Positions 9,850-19,396 of a DNA stretch of 64,000 nt are shown in pieces. This DNA is from Candidatus Latescibacterota bacterium. Lineage in GTDB: Bacteria > Latescibacterota > UBA2968 > UBA8231. The stretch covers positions 4,800,001 to 4,864,000 of the forward strand of contig CBDETY010000003.1 of NCBI GenBank assembly GCA_965243025.1, read 5' to 3'. Both the position numbers and the translations under genes were made by a program. The notes beneath the pieces were generated by a model. That model had not been told where the DNA came from, made no database searches, and was given only the letters and a program-made list of their open reading frames with translations. Every line of letters starts with the position of its first letter. The stretch's first letter is position 1.

Positions 9850-11296
9850 CCAGGGCGGCGGCAGCCGCCGTCTCCTGGGTCATCACGGCGCTGCGCACGA
9901 GGGCGAGCTTGTTGGCGGCGTTGAAGGCGGCAACCTTGTAGCACTCCGCCAGGGTGGGATAGTTGAACACCGTGCGGATGAAGTAGTCGAGGCCGCCTCC
10001 CAGACCCAGAACCGCCTGCCCCACGTGCACCAGCTCGGTGGCCCCCGAACCGATGCAGTGGGCGCCGAGAAGGCGCCCGTCCTCGCGGTGGAAGATCAGC
10101 TTCACCATCCCCGAGTCGTCGCCGAGAATCTGCCCGCGCGCGATTTCCTTGTAATGGGCGATTCCGGTCTCGTACGGCACGCGGTCCCCGGTGAGCTCCT
10201 CCTCGGTCGCTCCCACCATGGAGATTTCCGGGATGGCGTAGATCCCGACCGGGAAGTGGCGGCCCATCGGCTTCGCCTCGACTCCGAACATGTGGCAGGC
10301 AGCGAGGCGTCCCTGCTCGCTTGAAGTGGCGGCCAGCGCCGGGAAACCGATGACGTCGCCGGCGGCGTAGATATTCTCCGTCGCCGTGCAGAGATGCTCG
10401 TCGACCTTCAGGCGGCCCCGCTCGTCCGCCCGCAGGCCGACCGATTCGAGATTGAGATCCTCGGTCGAGCCGATGCGGCCGGCCGAGAACAGCACCACGT
10501 CGGCGACGATATGCTTGCCGGACTCGAGCTCGATGAGACCCTTGCGCTGGGGCACCTCGACCACTTCGAGACGCTCGACCGCCTCGCCGCAGCGGAAGGT
10601 TACGTCCGCCTTCCGCATCTGGTGGATGAGCTCGTCGACGATCTCGTGGTCGAGGAACTCCAGCGGCCGGGGACGCCGGTCGATCACCGTCACCTGCACC
10701 CCGAGGGCGGCGAACATCGAAGCGTACTCGATGCCGATGACCCCGGCGCCGACCACGGCGATGCTGCGCGGCAGGTTCTCCAGGTCGAGGAGGCAGTCCG
10801 GAGTCATGATTGTCCGGTCGTCCGCCTGGATGCCGGGGGGATCGCTGGGACGCGTGCCCACGGCGATCAGCACCTTGTCCGTCGACAGCCGGCGGCGCCC
10901 CTGGGCGCCCTCCACCTGCAAGGTGTGCCCGTCGATGAAGGAAGCCGTGCCGCGCACGACCTCGATGTCGTTGCGCCCCAGGTTTTCCTGGACGACGAAG
11001 AGCTCGCGCTCGATGACGCGCTCCACGTGGTCGACCAACTGCTGCATGGTGGGCCTGGACCGGGGCCGGAACTGCTCGGATGCCTCCAGGCCCGGACGGG
11101 AATAGGCGCGCTGCACGGCCTCGCGAAAGGTCTTTGAAGGGATGGTCCCCGACTCGATGCAGACGCCGCCGATCATCTGCTGCTTTTCGACGACCGCCAC
11201 CTTCCTGCCCAGCTTGGAGGCCTGGATGGCGGCGCGCTGGCCGGCCGGTCCGCTGCCGATGCAGACGAGGTCATAGGTGTAGCTGTTCGTGCTCAT
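9842..11296 (-). CDS. sthA: Soluble pyridine nucleotide transhydrogenase
   Basis: [20 protein letters not shown] (single Cys, as in SthA), GAGVIG.EYAS and '[18 protein letters not shown]'. Confidence 0.9.
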   Translation of the reverse strand: MSTNSYTYDLVCIGSGPAGQRAAIQASKLGRKVAVVEKQQMIGGVCIESGTIPSKTFREAVQRAYSRPGLEASEQFRPRSRPTMQQLVDHVERVIERELFVVQENLGRNDIEVVRGTASFIDGHTLQVEGAQGRRRLSTDKVLIAVGTRPSDPPGIQADDRTIMTPDCLLDLENLPRSIAVVGAGVIGIEYASMFAALGVQVTVIDRRPRPLEFLDHEIVDELIHQMRKADVTFRCGEAVERLEVVEVPQRKGLIELESGKHIVADVVLFSAGRIGSTEDLNLESVGLRADERGRLKVDEHLCTATENIYAAGDVIGFPALAATSSEQGRLAACHMFGVEAKPMGRHFPVGIYAIPEISMVGATEEELTGDRVPYETGIAHYKEIARGQILGDDSGMVKLIFHREDGRLLGAHCIGSGATELVHVGQAVLGLGGGLDYFIRTVFNYPTLAECYKVAAFNAANKLALVRSAVMTQETAAAAALDV

Positions 11297-11348
11297 ACTT
11301 CCCCTCCCGAGGTGGGGAGTTCCGGAGCGCCGGGCGGGTGCCGGGCGG

Positions 11349-11367
11349 GTGAATATTCAATATTCAC
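11349..11367. promoter_or_regulatory. AT-rich inverted repeat, probable operator in the divergent sthA intergenic region
   Basis: GTGAATATT-C-AATATTCAC is a perfect 9-bp inverted repeat, with TTGACA at 11375-11380 just downstream. Confidence 0.45.
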
Positions 11368-11583
11368 AAAGGAGTTGACAATTCCGCGATGCCGAGGCGG
11401 CCTTGAAAACTCGGGATGGAGGAGGACCAACCCCGGGGAATTCCCCTGCCCGGCTGCTGTTGCGGCCCCGGACGGGACATGCCCGCTTTACAAGGAACCT
11501 CTTCTGTCGCGAAAGTACGGCGAGCCGGCTTGCCGTTGAGAAATCACGGTGTTTCGTATTTCCAGGTGAGGAGCACGAGTAAA

Positions 11584-12924
11584 ATGAACGCCATGCTGTC
11601 AACCGGGGTTTTCGCCCTGCTCGCCGCCGCGCTGGCGCGGCCCCTCGACGCCCACAACGGCAGCGTCGCCATCGCCGTGCCGCTGCAGGGAATCGCCGTG
11701 GACGGCGACCTGTCCGACTGGCCCCCCGGGCTCGTGGAATACCCGATCGCCTTCCCGGAATGGGGGGATGCCCCCGTCAGCGAGGAGGATTTCCAGGGGG
11801 TCTTCCGGGTCGGATACAGCGTCGAACAGAACTCCCTGTACGTCGCCGTGGAAGTTTCCGACGAATCGGTCGTGCTCGACTCGACCGTTGTCGCTCACTG
11901 GAACACCCAGGAGGGCAGCGGCCTGCCCGTGGCATTGCACGGGGACTCGTCGGTCGAGGTGATAGGGATCTCCGGCTACGAGATGAAGTACAACACCCTC
12001 ACAGCTCCCAGCGCCCTGGCGACGATGACGACACCCGGGGGGCGGAACTACGAGTACGCCGTGGATGCCGGTTCTCTCGGCGACGGACTGGTCCGTCTCG
12101 AGCCCGGCATGATGCTCGCTTTCGACGTCGTCGTCCACGACAAGGACGAAGACGGCTCCTTTTCCTGGATCGCCTGGGGAAGAGGCATAAACAAGTCAGG
12201 CCATCCCGATTCGTACGAGAGGCTGGGCGACCTCGTGCTGGTAACGGAAGGGGCCATGGCGCCGGTGGCCTCCCCCGACCCCCGCCCGGAGGTGGTGGTC
12301 GCCGGGGCGGACCGGCTTGCCGAGGCCATGGAAAGGGGGGACGCCGACCGCGTCCGACAACTGGTCGGGGAAGGCGGGTGGTACACCCTGCGCGGCAAGA
12401 GCGGCGAGCTCTTCAACGGCTTCAGCCTGGGGAACTGGTGGCCCCTGTCCGACCTGTGGCGCGTCGAGGACGGACAGATCGTCTGCCCCACCTCCGACCG
12501 CATCCATTTCCTGATCTCGGAGTACGTCGTCGGAGAGCCGTTTCAGCTCCGCTGCGAAGTCGCCGCCCTGGACCGGTCCCCCGGTGACGGAAAGATGGTC
12601 GGGTTCGTCGATGCGGCCGGCGACAACGTGCTGGTCGCCCTCGACGACGACGAGCCGCACACCATTCAGATAGACAGCGGGCGCAAGGTGTTCGACGCTT
12701 CCGGGGTCAGGGGCCCCTGGAAAATGGAGACGTCCGCCGGCCTCCAGATGCAGATCGGGAAGTGGTACGAAGTGGTCTGCACGGTGGACGGCACGAACTT
12801 CACCGTCTCGACTGGAGACGTGGAGCTGCAGCATCCCTTCGAGCCGCAGTTTCCGGTGTTCATCTGGCTAGAGGTGCAGCGCACCGGGGCCAGGTTCCGG
12901 GGTCTGCGGATATCGAAGCTTTAG
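11584..12924 (+). CDS. Secreted protein with an N-terminal CBM9/DOMON-like domain and a C-terminal lectin/DUF1080-like domain
   Basis: Signal peptide (...ARPLDA/HNG), 'IAVDGDLSDW', 'LYVAVEVSDE', 'AFDVVVHDKD'; C-terminal 'WRVEDGQI...ARFRGLRI'. Confidence 0.65.
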   Translation: MNAMLSTGVFALLAAALARPLDAHNGSVAIAVPLQGIAVDGDLSDWPPGLVEYPIAFPEWGDAPVSEEDFQGVFRVGYSVEQNSLYVAVEVSDESVVLDSTVVAHWNTQEGSGLPVALHGDSSVEVIGISGYEMKYNTLTAPSALATMTTPGGRNYEYAVDAGSLGDGLVRLEPGMMLAFDVVVHDKDEDGSFSWIAWGRGINKSGHPDSYERLGDLVLVTEGAMAPVASPDPRPEVVVAGADRLAEAMERGDADRVRQLVGEGGWYTLRGKSGELFNGFSLGNWWPLSDLWRVEDGQIVCPTSDRIHFLISEYVVGEPFQLRCEVAALDRSPGDGKMVGFVDAAGDNVLVALDDDEPHTIQIDSGRKVFDASGVRGPWKMETSAGLQMQIGKWYEVVCTVDGTNFTVSTGDVELQHPFEPQFPVFIWLEVQRTGARFRGLRISKL

Positions 12925-13046
12925 GGGCAGTCGCGGCCGGAGCGGACCCGGACGCCGCGCGCGCAGCGGCAGGGCGCACAACCGCGTTCTACACAGGTGA
13001 ATCGACCGAGCCCGCCTGAACCAGGAGAGGCAGCGACACCAGCTGC

Positions 13047-14408
13047 TCAACCCTTCGCTTTCCCGACCGCCTCGTAAACCCTGGCCGGATGGGGGTAGTC
13101 CTCGACCTCCCTGAACAGCGCCCTGGCCTTTTCCGCCATCCCCGCCCGGCCGTAGAAGTAGATGAGGTTCCCGGCCTCGTTCGGTCTCCCGGTCAGGTCC
13201 CACACCTTTTCCTGAACTTTCACCGCGCCGCTCCAATCGCCCCGGTGAAACCCCAGGCAGGTTCCCATCTGCCGGAGCGCAACGTAGGCCCATACAGTCT
13301 TTCGGTCTAACTCGTAAATCTTTCCATACACCGGGTATGCCTCATCCCACCGGTCCTGCCGCGCCAGGGACAGGGCGAGGTAGTTCAGGCACCGCTGGTC
13401 TTCGGGAGCCGCGGCGGCCGCATGGCGGGAAACTTCCTCCATCTCCTCGAAGTCGCCCTTCCACAGGAGCATCTGCGCCGTGGCGGTCAGAGCAACGAGG
13501 TTGTCGGGATCCCTCTCGAGCCGGCGGCCGCACAGGTCCAGGCATTTCTCGATTGCCGCGGCCTGCCTTTCCCGTTCGCCCGACCACATGGCGGTGAACT
13601 CCAGAGCGACCTCTATCGATTCCGGGGCAGCCTGCGCGGCTCGTCGAAGGGTCGCTTCTTCTTCCCGGGACGGCCCCTCTATCGGGTCGTAGGTCCGTCC
13701 CAGCTCCATCAATGCCTCGGGATGGTCCGGGCACACCTCCAGTGCTTCCCTGAAGCGCGCGCGCGCGTGGTTCATTCTCATGTACAACCGATCCTTCCTG
13801 CCCTGTTCCAACAGGCGGGCAATGGTCCGCGCTGCGAATCCCTCGGGCAGATCCTGCCTGCTGCCGGCGTCTCTTGCCATGCGGGTTACCTCCTCCTGAA
13901 GCTGTCTGCGCGCCCTGTACAGCCGCTGTTTCACCCCCGCGGGGGTTGTTCCCGTCCGCAGAGCCACGTCCTGAATCGAACGGCCCTCCAGATAGTGCAG
14001 TGTAAACGCCCGGACGCTTTTCTCGGGGAGCCTGGAGAACAGCTCCTGAAACGCTGCCCGGCGGATTACCGCCGGCTCCGGATGCTCTTGGAGATCCGTC
14101 TGCGCGGCCGCCGACTCCGACGCGGCTCGACGGCGGCGGTCCTCCCTCAACCTGTTGAGGCAGACGTTGCGGAGTATCTGCCCGACCCAGGCCGGGAATC
14201 GGGAAGGCTCCTTCAGAGTCTCGAGCTGGCGGAACGCCTTCAGGAATGCGTCCTGGAGAGCATCCTGTGATTCCTCCCGGACACGCAGGTAACTCAGCGC
14301 CTGCAGGTAGAGGCGGTCCTGGTGGCGGACCACCAGCGCTTCGAAGGCGGAAAGGCGGCCGGAAAGGGCGGCAGCTATCAGCTGGGCATCTGTGGATGGG
14401 CTTTCCAT
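13047..14408 (-). CDS. ECF sigma-70 factor fused to a C-terminal TPR region
   Basis: D..LI...AFEALV.RHQ, DALQDAFLKAF..L.TL.EP.RFPAW, VKQRLYRARRQL, followed by TPR-like helices (ARFREALEVCPDHPEAL). Start at the ATG at 14408. Confidence 0.85.
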   Translation of the reverse strand: MESPSTDAQLIAAALSGRLSAFEALVVRHQDRLYLQALSYLRVREESQDALQDAFLKAFRQLETLKEPSRFPAWVGQILRNVCLNRLREDRRRRAASESAAAQTDLQEHPEPAVIRRAAFQELFSRLPEKSVRAFTLHYLEGRSIQDVALRTGTTPAGVKQRLYRARRQLQEEVTRMARDAGSRQDLPEGFAARTIARLLEQGRKDRLYMRMNHARARFREALEVCPDHPEALMELGRTYDPIEGPSREEEATLRRAAQAAPESIEVALEFTAMWSGERERQAAAIEKCLDLCGRRLERDPDNLVALTATAQMLLWKGDFEEMEEVSRHAAAAAPEDQRCLNYLALSLARQDRWDEAYPVYGKIYELDRKTVWAYVALRQMGTCLGFHRGDWSGAVKVQEKVWDLTGRPNEAGNLIYFYGRAGMAEKARALFREVEDYPHPARVYEAVGKAKG

Positions 14409-14769
14409 CGCTTTATTCCAAGACCCCTGACGAGGCGGGGAGGTAACGCGGAGATCCGACTTGCTCGGGATTTCCTGGTTTTCAGGGCTGTCTGATGGGT
14501 TTTCCAGCGCCAGTACATGGTCCCCCCTGCCTGGGAATGACCGGAGTACGTTCCTTGCCCCACCCTCGCAACGCGGCCTTATTTCCGAAGCTTGCAGCAG
14601 CAGTCCTCGCTGATTTTTTCCTTTGAACGGGGGCGTCCGGGATCTCAAACTCCTGCCAGCCCATCGGACGTCACCGCCAACCTGCTGACATCTTGAACGC
14701 CTCTTCGACGCAACGTTCCACCGCCTCAACCGATATGCGGGACGAGCGTTGGCAATCGGAATTCCCCGA

Positions 14770-15531
14770 ATGAGATTCAGCGCCGTCATTCCCGCCCGCA
14801 ACGCCCCGAACCTCCCGGCGGCGATCGACAGCTGCCTGAACCAGAGACTGAAGCCGCACGAGATCATCGTCATCGACGACGCCAGCCGCGAGCATCCCGT
14901 CGAATCGCTGCGAGAGCGATTTGCCGCCGAGTGCGACAGCGGTCTGCTGAAGATCATTACCCTCTCGACAAACCGCGGGCCCTCGGCAGCGAGAAACACC
15001 GGATGGGATGCGGCCACCGGGGACTTCGTCGCCTTCCTCGACGCCGACGACCGCTGGAATGAAGAAAAGCTGGCCGTTGTCGCTTCGTGGCTCACCGACA
15101 ATCCGGACATCGACTGGCTTGCCCACGGCTACGCGGTCGGTCCGACGGAGCCGGAGAATGGTGAGCCGGCTCCCGCCAGGCTTTCCCTGCGCCGGCTCCT
15201 GGTCTCGAATCCGGGCCAGACCTCCTCGGTTCTGCTGCGCCGCTCGATTTCCCAGCGGTTCGACGAGCGCATGCGGCACAGCGAGGATTACGATCTCTGG
15301 CTGCGGATCGCCGCGGCCGGCAATGGCTGCTACTTCTCACCTGCAAAGCTGACCGCGCTGGGCCGTCCCCAGCTTACGGCCGGCGGCCTCAGCGAGAATC
15401 GCCGGGCGATGCGAAAGGGGGAGATGCGAGCCTTCCTTCACCTGATCGCCGCCCGCCCGATTCTGGCCCCCTTGCTTCCCCTTCTCACTGCCTGGTCCCT
15501 GCTCAAACATTTCCGCAAGGCGATCTCCTGA
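14770..15531 (+). CDS. Glycosyltransferase family 2
   Basis: SAVIPARN, EIIVIDDAS, NRGPSAARNTG, AFLDADD and EDYDLWLR motifs. Confidence 0.92.
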   Translation: MRFSAVIPARNAPNLPAAIDSCLNQRLKPHEIIVIDDASREHPVESLRERFAAECDSGLLKIITLSTNRGPSAARNTGWDAATGDFVAFLDADDRWNEEKLAVVASWLTDNPDIDWLAHGYAVGPTEPENGEPAPARLSLRRLLVSNPGQTSSVLLRRSISQRFDERMRHSEDYDLWLRIAAAGNGCYFSPAKLTALGRPQLTAGGLSENRRAMRKGEMRAFLHLIAARPILAPLLPLLTAWSLLKHFRKAIS

Positions 15532-15593
15532 AGGGGCCGGGCAGGAAATCCGGCAAAGTCGTGGCCTGCTCGGCGGCTTAACCGCAATGCAGG

Positions 15594-16535
15594 TTACAGT
15601 TCGTTCCTCCCTCCTTCCCTTTCCTTTTCTATCAGCGCTTTGATGTCCAGGCCGTCGATGGTCAAGCCTTCTATGGAACAGTTTTCCAATTTTACATTGC
15701 TCAGATTTACACGCCGAAAATGAGAATCCGACAGATCCATATGAATAAAGTGGCTATCCTGCATGGTGCAGTGTTCGAAGGTGATGTTTCTGGCCGGGGT
15801 ATGATCTCCTCCTCCCGTATTTCGAAAACTGACCCGGTTGATGTTGACATAGTCGAAATTGGCACCGGTCAAATCGATGTGGCGAAATACTGCCTCGCTC
15901 ATGTCCACGAACTCGAGGGTGGCCCCAGGAATTCCCTTGTTCCTGATCTCCATGACGATCTCCTTTTCCAAGTGGATGTCAAAGCCGGAAAGCTGCAGAA
16001 ATGGGTTTTTCTTCAATTGTTTGCGGGCCTCATGCAACCGCCGTTTTACCGTGCCTGTTGGAATATCCATCCATGCCGAAATGTCTTCTACTGAAAACGC
16101 GAAGAAATAGTGAAGAAGCACAGGCTCTCGAAAAATGGGTGAAAGATTGGCCAAGGCCTTCCACAAATTTTCCCCGGCTTCTCGTTGTTCGAGGCTACTG
16201 TGAGGATTTGGGTTGTCATCCTCAGCTCGCTCGGAGAGGATCCTTTCCCGACCTCTCTTCTCCAAGGTCTTCAGGCAGGTGTTGTAGAGTATGGTCCTTA
16301 CCCATGCTCCAAACCGATCCCTTTTTTTCAGGGAGTTCAGCGACAGGTACGCATTGACAAAGGCATCGTGGACACTTTCTCCAGCCTGTCTGTGATCTCG
16401 GAGCCTCGAACAGGCCATTGCCCACAAGACCTGCTGATAGCGCTGGACAAGCAGGCCATACTGGTCCACATCTCCGTTCAATACCGCACGTACGATATCC
16501 TCGTCTCGTTTCTCGCTGCCGACATGTTGGACCAT
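15594..16535 (-). CDS. ECF sigma-70 factor fused to a pentapeptide-repeat domain
   Basis: Sigma regions 2 and 4 (LVQRYQ, HDAFVNAY, GTVKRRLHEARKQL) plus C-terminal xDL/S repeats (VDMSE AVFRH IDLTG ANFDY). Confidence 0.85.
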   Translation of the reverse strand: MVQHVGSEKRDEDIVRAVLNGDVDQYGLLVQRYQQVLWAMACSRLRDHRQAGESVHDAFVNAYLSLNSLKKRDRFGAWVRTILYNTCLKTLEKRGRERILSERAEDDNPNPHSSLEQREAGENLWKALANLSPIFREPVLLHYFFAFSVEDISAWMDIPTGTVKRRLHEARKQLKKNPFLQLSGFDIHLEKEIVMEIRNKGIPGATLEFVDMSEAVFRHIDLTGANFDYVNINRVSFRNTGGGDHTPARNITFEHCTMQDSHFIHMDLSDSHFRRVNLSNVKLENCSIEGLTIDGLDIKALIEKEREGGRNEL

Positions 16536-16628
16536 GGGTAGTGTTCCCTCAGGGGTTACCAGTTAGATCCTGAAGTCGGAGATTGGTTCGCCAGAAATGG
16601 ATTTCATACCTCACGCCGTGAATACACC

Positions 16629-18395
16629 GTGCCCGGAATAGTCGGATTCACCGCGCCCGCGGGCTGGAGCGATGAGGATGCCGGCGCCGCCCTGCTCAAG
16701 ATGCGGGACGCACTCCAGTACTGCGAAAAGCACCAGGCCGGCCCCTGCCTCTCCTTCCCCGGGGTGCGGGGGTCCTGTGTTTCCACCAACCCGCACCAGG
16801 AACAGGTCTTCAGCACTCCCGACCTCACCGTCTGGATGGACGGCGAATGCTGGACCGGGGACGAGAGCGCCCCCATTCCCGGGGCCGGGGCCGCGTCCTG
16901 CCCGGCGCTCCTCCACGCTCTGTTCCGAACCGACGACCCCCTTTCCGCGCTCGCCGCCCTGGACGGCACCTTCGCCGCGGCGGTGTATGACGCCCGCGCC
17001 CGGAAGGTCCACCTCGTCTCCGACCGCTGCGGGCTGCGCCAGCTCTGCTGGACCCGCCGCGGAGACTTTTTCGCCTGGGGGACGGAGTCCAAGGCCCTGC
17101 TGCACCTGCCCGGGTTCAGCCCCGTCCTCGACCCCCTGTCCCTGGAGGCCTTCCTCGGCATCGGCTACCTCGTGGGAAACCGCACCTGGCTGGAAAACGT
17201 CGAGCGGCTGGCGCCTGCCACCTGCCTGACCTGGGACCTCCGCGAGCGGACGATACAGGAACGGCGCTACTGGGATTGGGGGAGGGTTTCTCCCGACATC
17301 GGCAAGGCCTCCCCCCGGGAGCTGGCCGAAGAGCTGGGCCGGCGGTTCGCGCGGGGGGTCGAACGGCGCTGCGGATCGGGAGAGCGCGTCGGCCTTGCCC
17401 TCAGCGGCGGCCTCGACTCCCGGGCGATCCTGGCCGCCATGCCGCAGGGCAGGGAGCCGGTCCCTGTCCTGACCTTCGGCTCCGGGAACAGCAGCGAGGT
17501 CCGCATCGCCGCCATGGCCGCGGCGCGCAAGGGGGCCAGGCACCACACCTTCGAGATCGGTCCCGGGAACTGGTTTCTCCCCCGCATCGGCGGAGTCTGG
17601 GCAACCGACGGCGAGCTCGACCTCTACCACATGCACGGCGTCGAGTACCCCGGCCTGGGGGACCTGTTCGCAACCGCCCTGTCGGGGGCGGGCGGAGACG
17701 GAATCGTCGGGGGCGGCCACCTGTTCGAAGCAGCCGGCTTTTCCGATTACGCCCGCAACGTGCTCTATCTCGACCCGGAGCGTTCCCCCGCCCTCGCCGC
17801 GGTCCTCGAGGAGGAGTTTTCCCGCGCCGGCTCGGCGCACGCCCTTTACATCACCCACCGCATGCGCTGCTTCACCCTCCACGGCCTGCGGCTGTGGATC
17901 GCCAGGGGCGCCGACTACCGACTCCCCTTTCTCGACAACCGGTTTCAGGAGCTGCTCTTCGCCACCCCCACCGCCCTGAAACGGCACAACCGGCTCTACC
18001 GGACCATGCTTCTGGCCGCCTTCCCCGACTACTTCAAGGACATCCCCTGGCAGGCCACCGGGCTGCCTCTTTCCTGGCCGATGTGGGCAGTCCGGACGCG
18101 CGCAAAGCTCCGCGGGCTGGGGAGACGGCTGGGTTTGCGGGGACGGGGCGAGCGCACCGGCCTTTTCGATTACCCCGGATGGATCCGCACGGAACCGGCC
18201 CGCGGCACCTTCTCCGGGCTGCTGGCAAATCCCGGCGCCCTGTATCGTGACTACATTTCAGGGAACCAAGTGACCGCCGCGCTCGAGGAGCACCTGAACG
18301 GGAGCGACCACAGCCGGCAGCTCTGCCGCTACCTGACGCTCGAGCTCTGGCTCCAGCAGGTTTTCGAGGGCCGCTGGCGGCAGGGACCTGAGTGA
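16629..18395 (+). CDS. Asparagine synthetase-related (AsnB-like) ATP-dependent amide ligase
   Basis: Ntn-like N-domain (DGTFAAAVYD, SDRCGLRQL), LSGGLDSR PP-loop and RLPFLD; the N-terminus is MPGIVG, without the catalytic Cys. Confidence 0.85.
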   Translation: MPGIVGFTAPAGWSDEDAGAALLKMRDALQYCEKHQAGPCLSFPGVRGSCVSTNPHQEQVFSTPDLTVWMDGECWTGDESAPIPGAGAASCPALLHALFRTDDPLSALAALDGTFAAAVYDARARKVHLVSDRCGLRQLCWTRRGDFFAWGTESKALLHLPGFSPVLDPLSLEAFLGIGYLVGNRTWLENVERLAPATCLTWDLRERTIQERRYWDWGRVSPDIGKASPRELAEELGRRFARGVERRCGSGERVGLALSGGLDSRAILAAMPQGREPVPVLTFGSGNSSEVRIAAMAAARKGARHHTFEIGPGNWFLPRIGGVWATDGELDLYHMHGVEYPGLGDLFATALSGAGGDGIVGGGHLFEAAGFSDYARNVLYLDPERSPALAAVLEEEFSRAGSAHALYITHRMRCFTLHGLRLWIARGADYRLPFLDNRFQELLFATPTALKRHNRLYRTMLLAAFPDYFKDIPWQATGLPLSWPMWAVRTRAKLRGLGRRLGLRGRGERTGLFDYPGWIRTEPARGTFSGLLANPGALYRDYISGNQVTAALEEHLNGSDHSRQLCRYLTLELWLQQVFEGRWRQGPE

Positions 18396-18432
18396 GCTTC
18401 CAACCAGATCGACTACAAGGGAACGATTCCCC

Positions 18433-19245
18433 ATGACGAGAAACGACGAGGAAACGCTGCATCCCCCGGCCATCAGCGAGAGCGAGCTGTCGTACTGGCG
18501 GGAGAACGGCTACGTCCGCCTCGGCCGGGCGGCGCCCCTTGCCCGGATCGAGGCGCTGTGCGAACGCATCGACGAGATCATGCTGGGAAAGGTGAGTTAC
18601 CCGGACATGCTGATGCAGCTCTGTCCGTCGGTCGGCAACCCCGAGAAGGCGAAGCAGACCAAGGTGTTCAAGGGCTCCACTCTCAAGTACCGCAAGATCC
18701 AGGACCTCGAGCAGGATCCGCTGTTTCTCGCCTACATCCGGCAGCCCCTGTTCCGCGACATAACCCGCAGGATCATCGGCGAAAGGGTCTCGTCGTTCCG
18801 CTCGATGTTCATGAACAAGCCTTCTGGACGAGGGACCTTGCTCAACTGGCACCAGGACGGGACCGGCAGCTGGGGCTTGAGCATCTCACCGGTGGTCACC
18901 ATCTGGACGGCGCTCGACGCGACCTCGGTGGCCAACGGCTGCCTGCAGATAGTCCCGGGGTCCCACAAGTCGATGATCAACGCCAATCACGACCAGCTCT
19001 ACCCGGAACAGATTCCCGTGCACGCTTCGGACGACAAGCGGCTGCACCTCGAACTGGAAAAGGGAGAGGTGGTGCTCCTGCACAACTGGACCCTGCACCG
19101 CTCCGAGCCCAACACCACGGACCGGCCGCGCCGTGCTTTCAGCGTCTGCTACGTAGACGCCGACACCGTCCACAACGAAACAGGGAAAACCTGGCCCCAG
19201 GTGTTTCCGGAGTTTGTTCCCGTAGCCGCGGAGGTGGCGGCCTGA
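18433..19245 (+). CDS. Phytanoyl-CoA dioxygenase (PhyH) family Fe(II)/2OG oxygenase
   Basis: WHQD, WTALD...NGCLQIVPGSH and LHRSEPNTTDRPRR motifs. Confidence 0.92.
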   Translation: MTRNDEETLHPPAISESELSYWRENGYVRLGRAAPLARIEALCERIDEIMLGKVSYPDMLMQLCPSVGNPEKAKQTKVFKGSTLKYRKIQDLEQDPLFLAYIRQPLFRDITRRIIGERVSSFRSMFMNKPSGRGTLLNWHQDGTGSWGLSISPVVTIWTALDATSVANGCLQIVPGSHKSMINANHDQLYPEQIPVHASDDKRLHLELEKGEVVLLHNWTLHRSEPNTTDRPRRAFSVCYVDADTVHNETGKTWPQVFPEFVPVAAEVAA

Positions 19246-19396
19246 CTTACCCTGTCGAGAACCGGACGGCAGCGGTTTTCCGGGTTGGTTCCCGGCATTT
19301 TCGGATGCCGGCGCGCGCATCTTCGACCTCGAGGCTGGTGACACGGACGGAGCGCCCGTTGCCGCCCCCGATTTGGACCCCTCTTCAATAGACCCC

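Noticed and set aside
16629-18395. Lasso peptide cyclase
   Set aside because: No adjacent B1/B2 (PqqD-like or transglutaminase-like) gene or plausible precursor peptide was seen.
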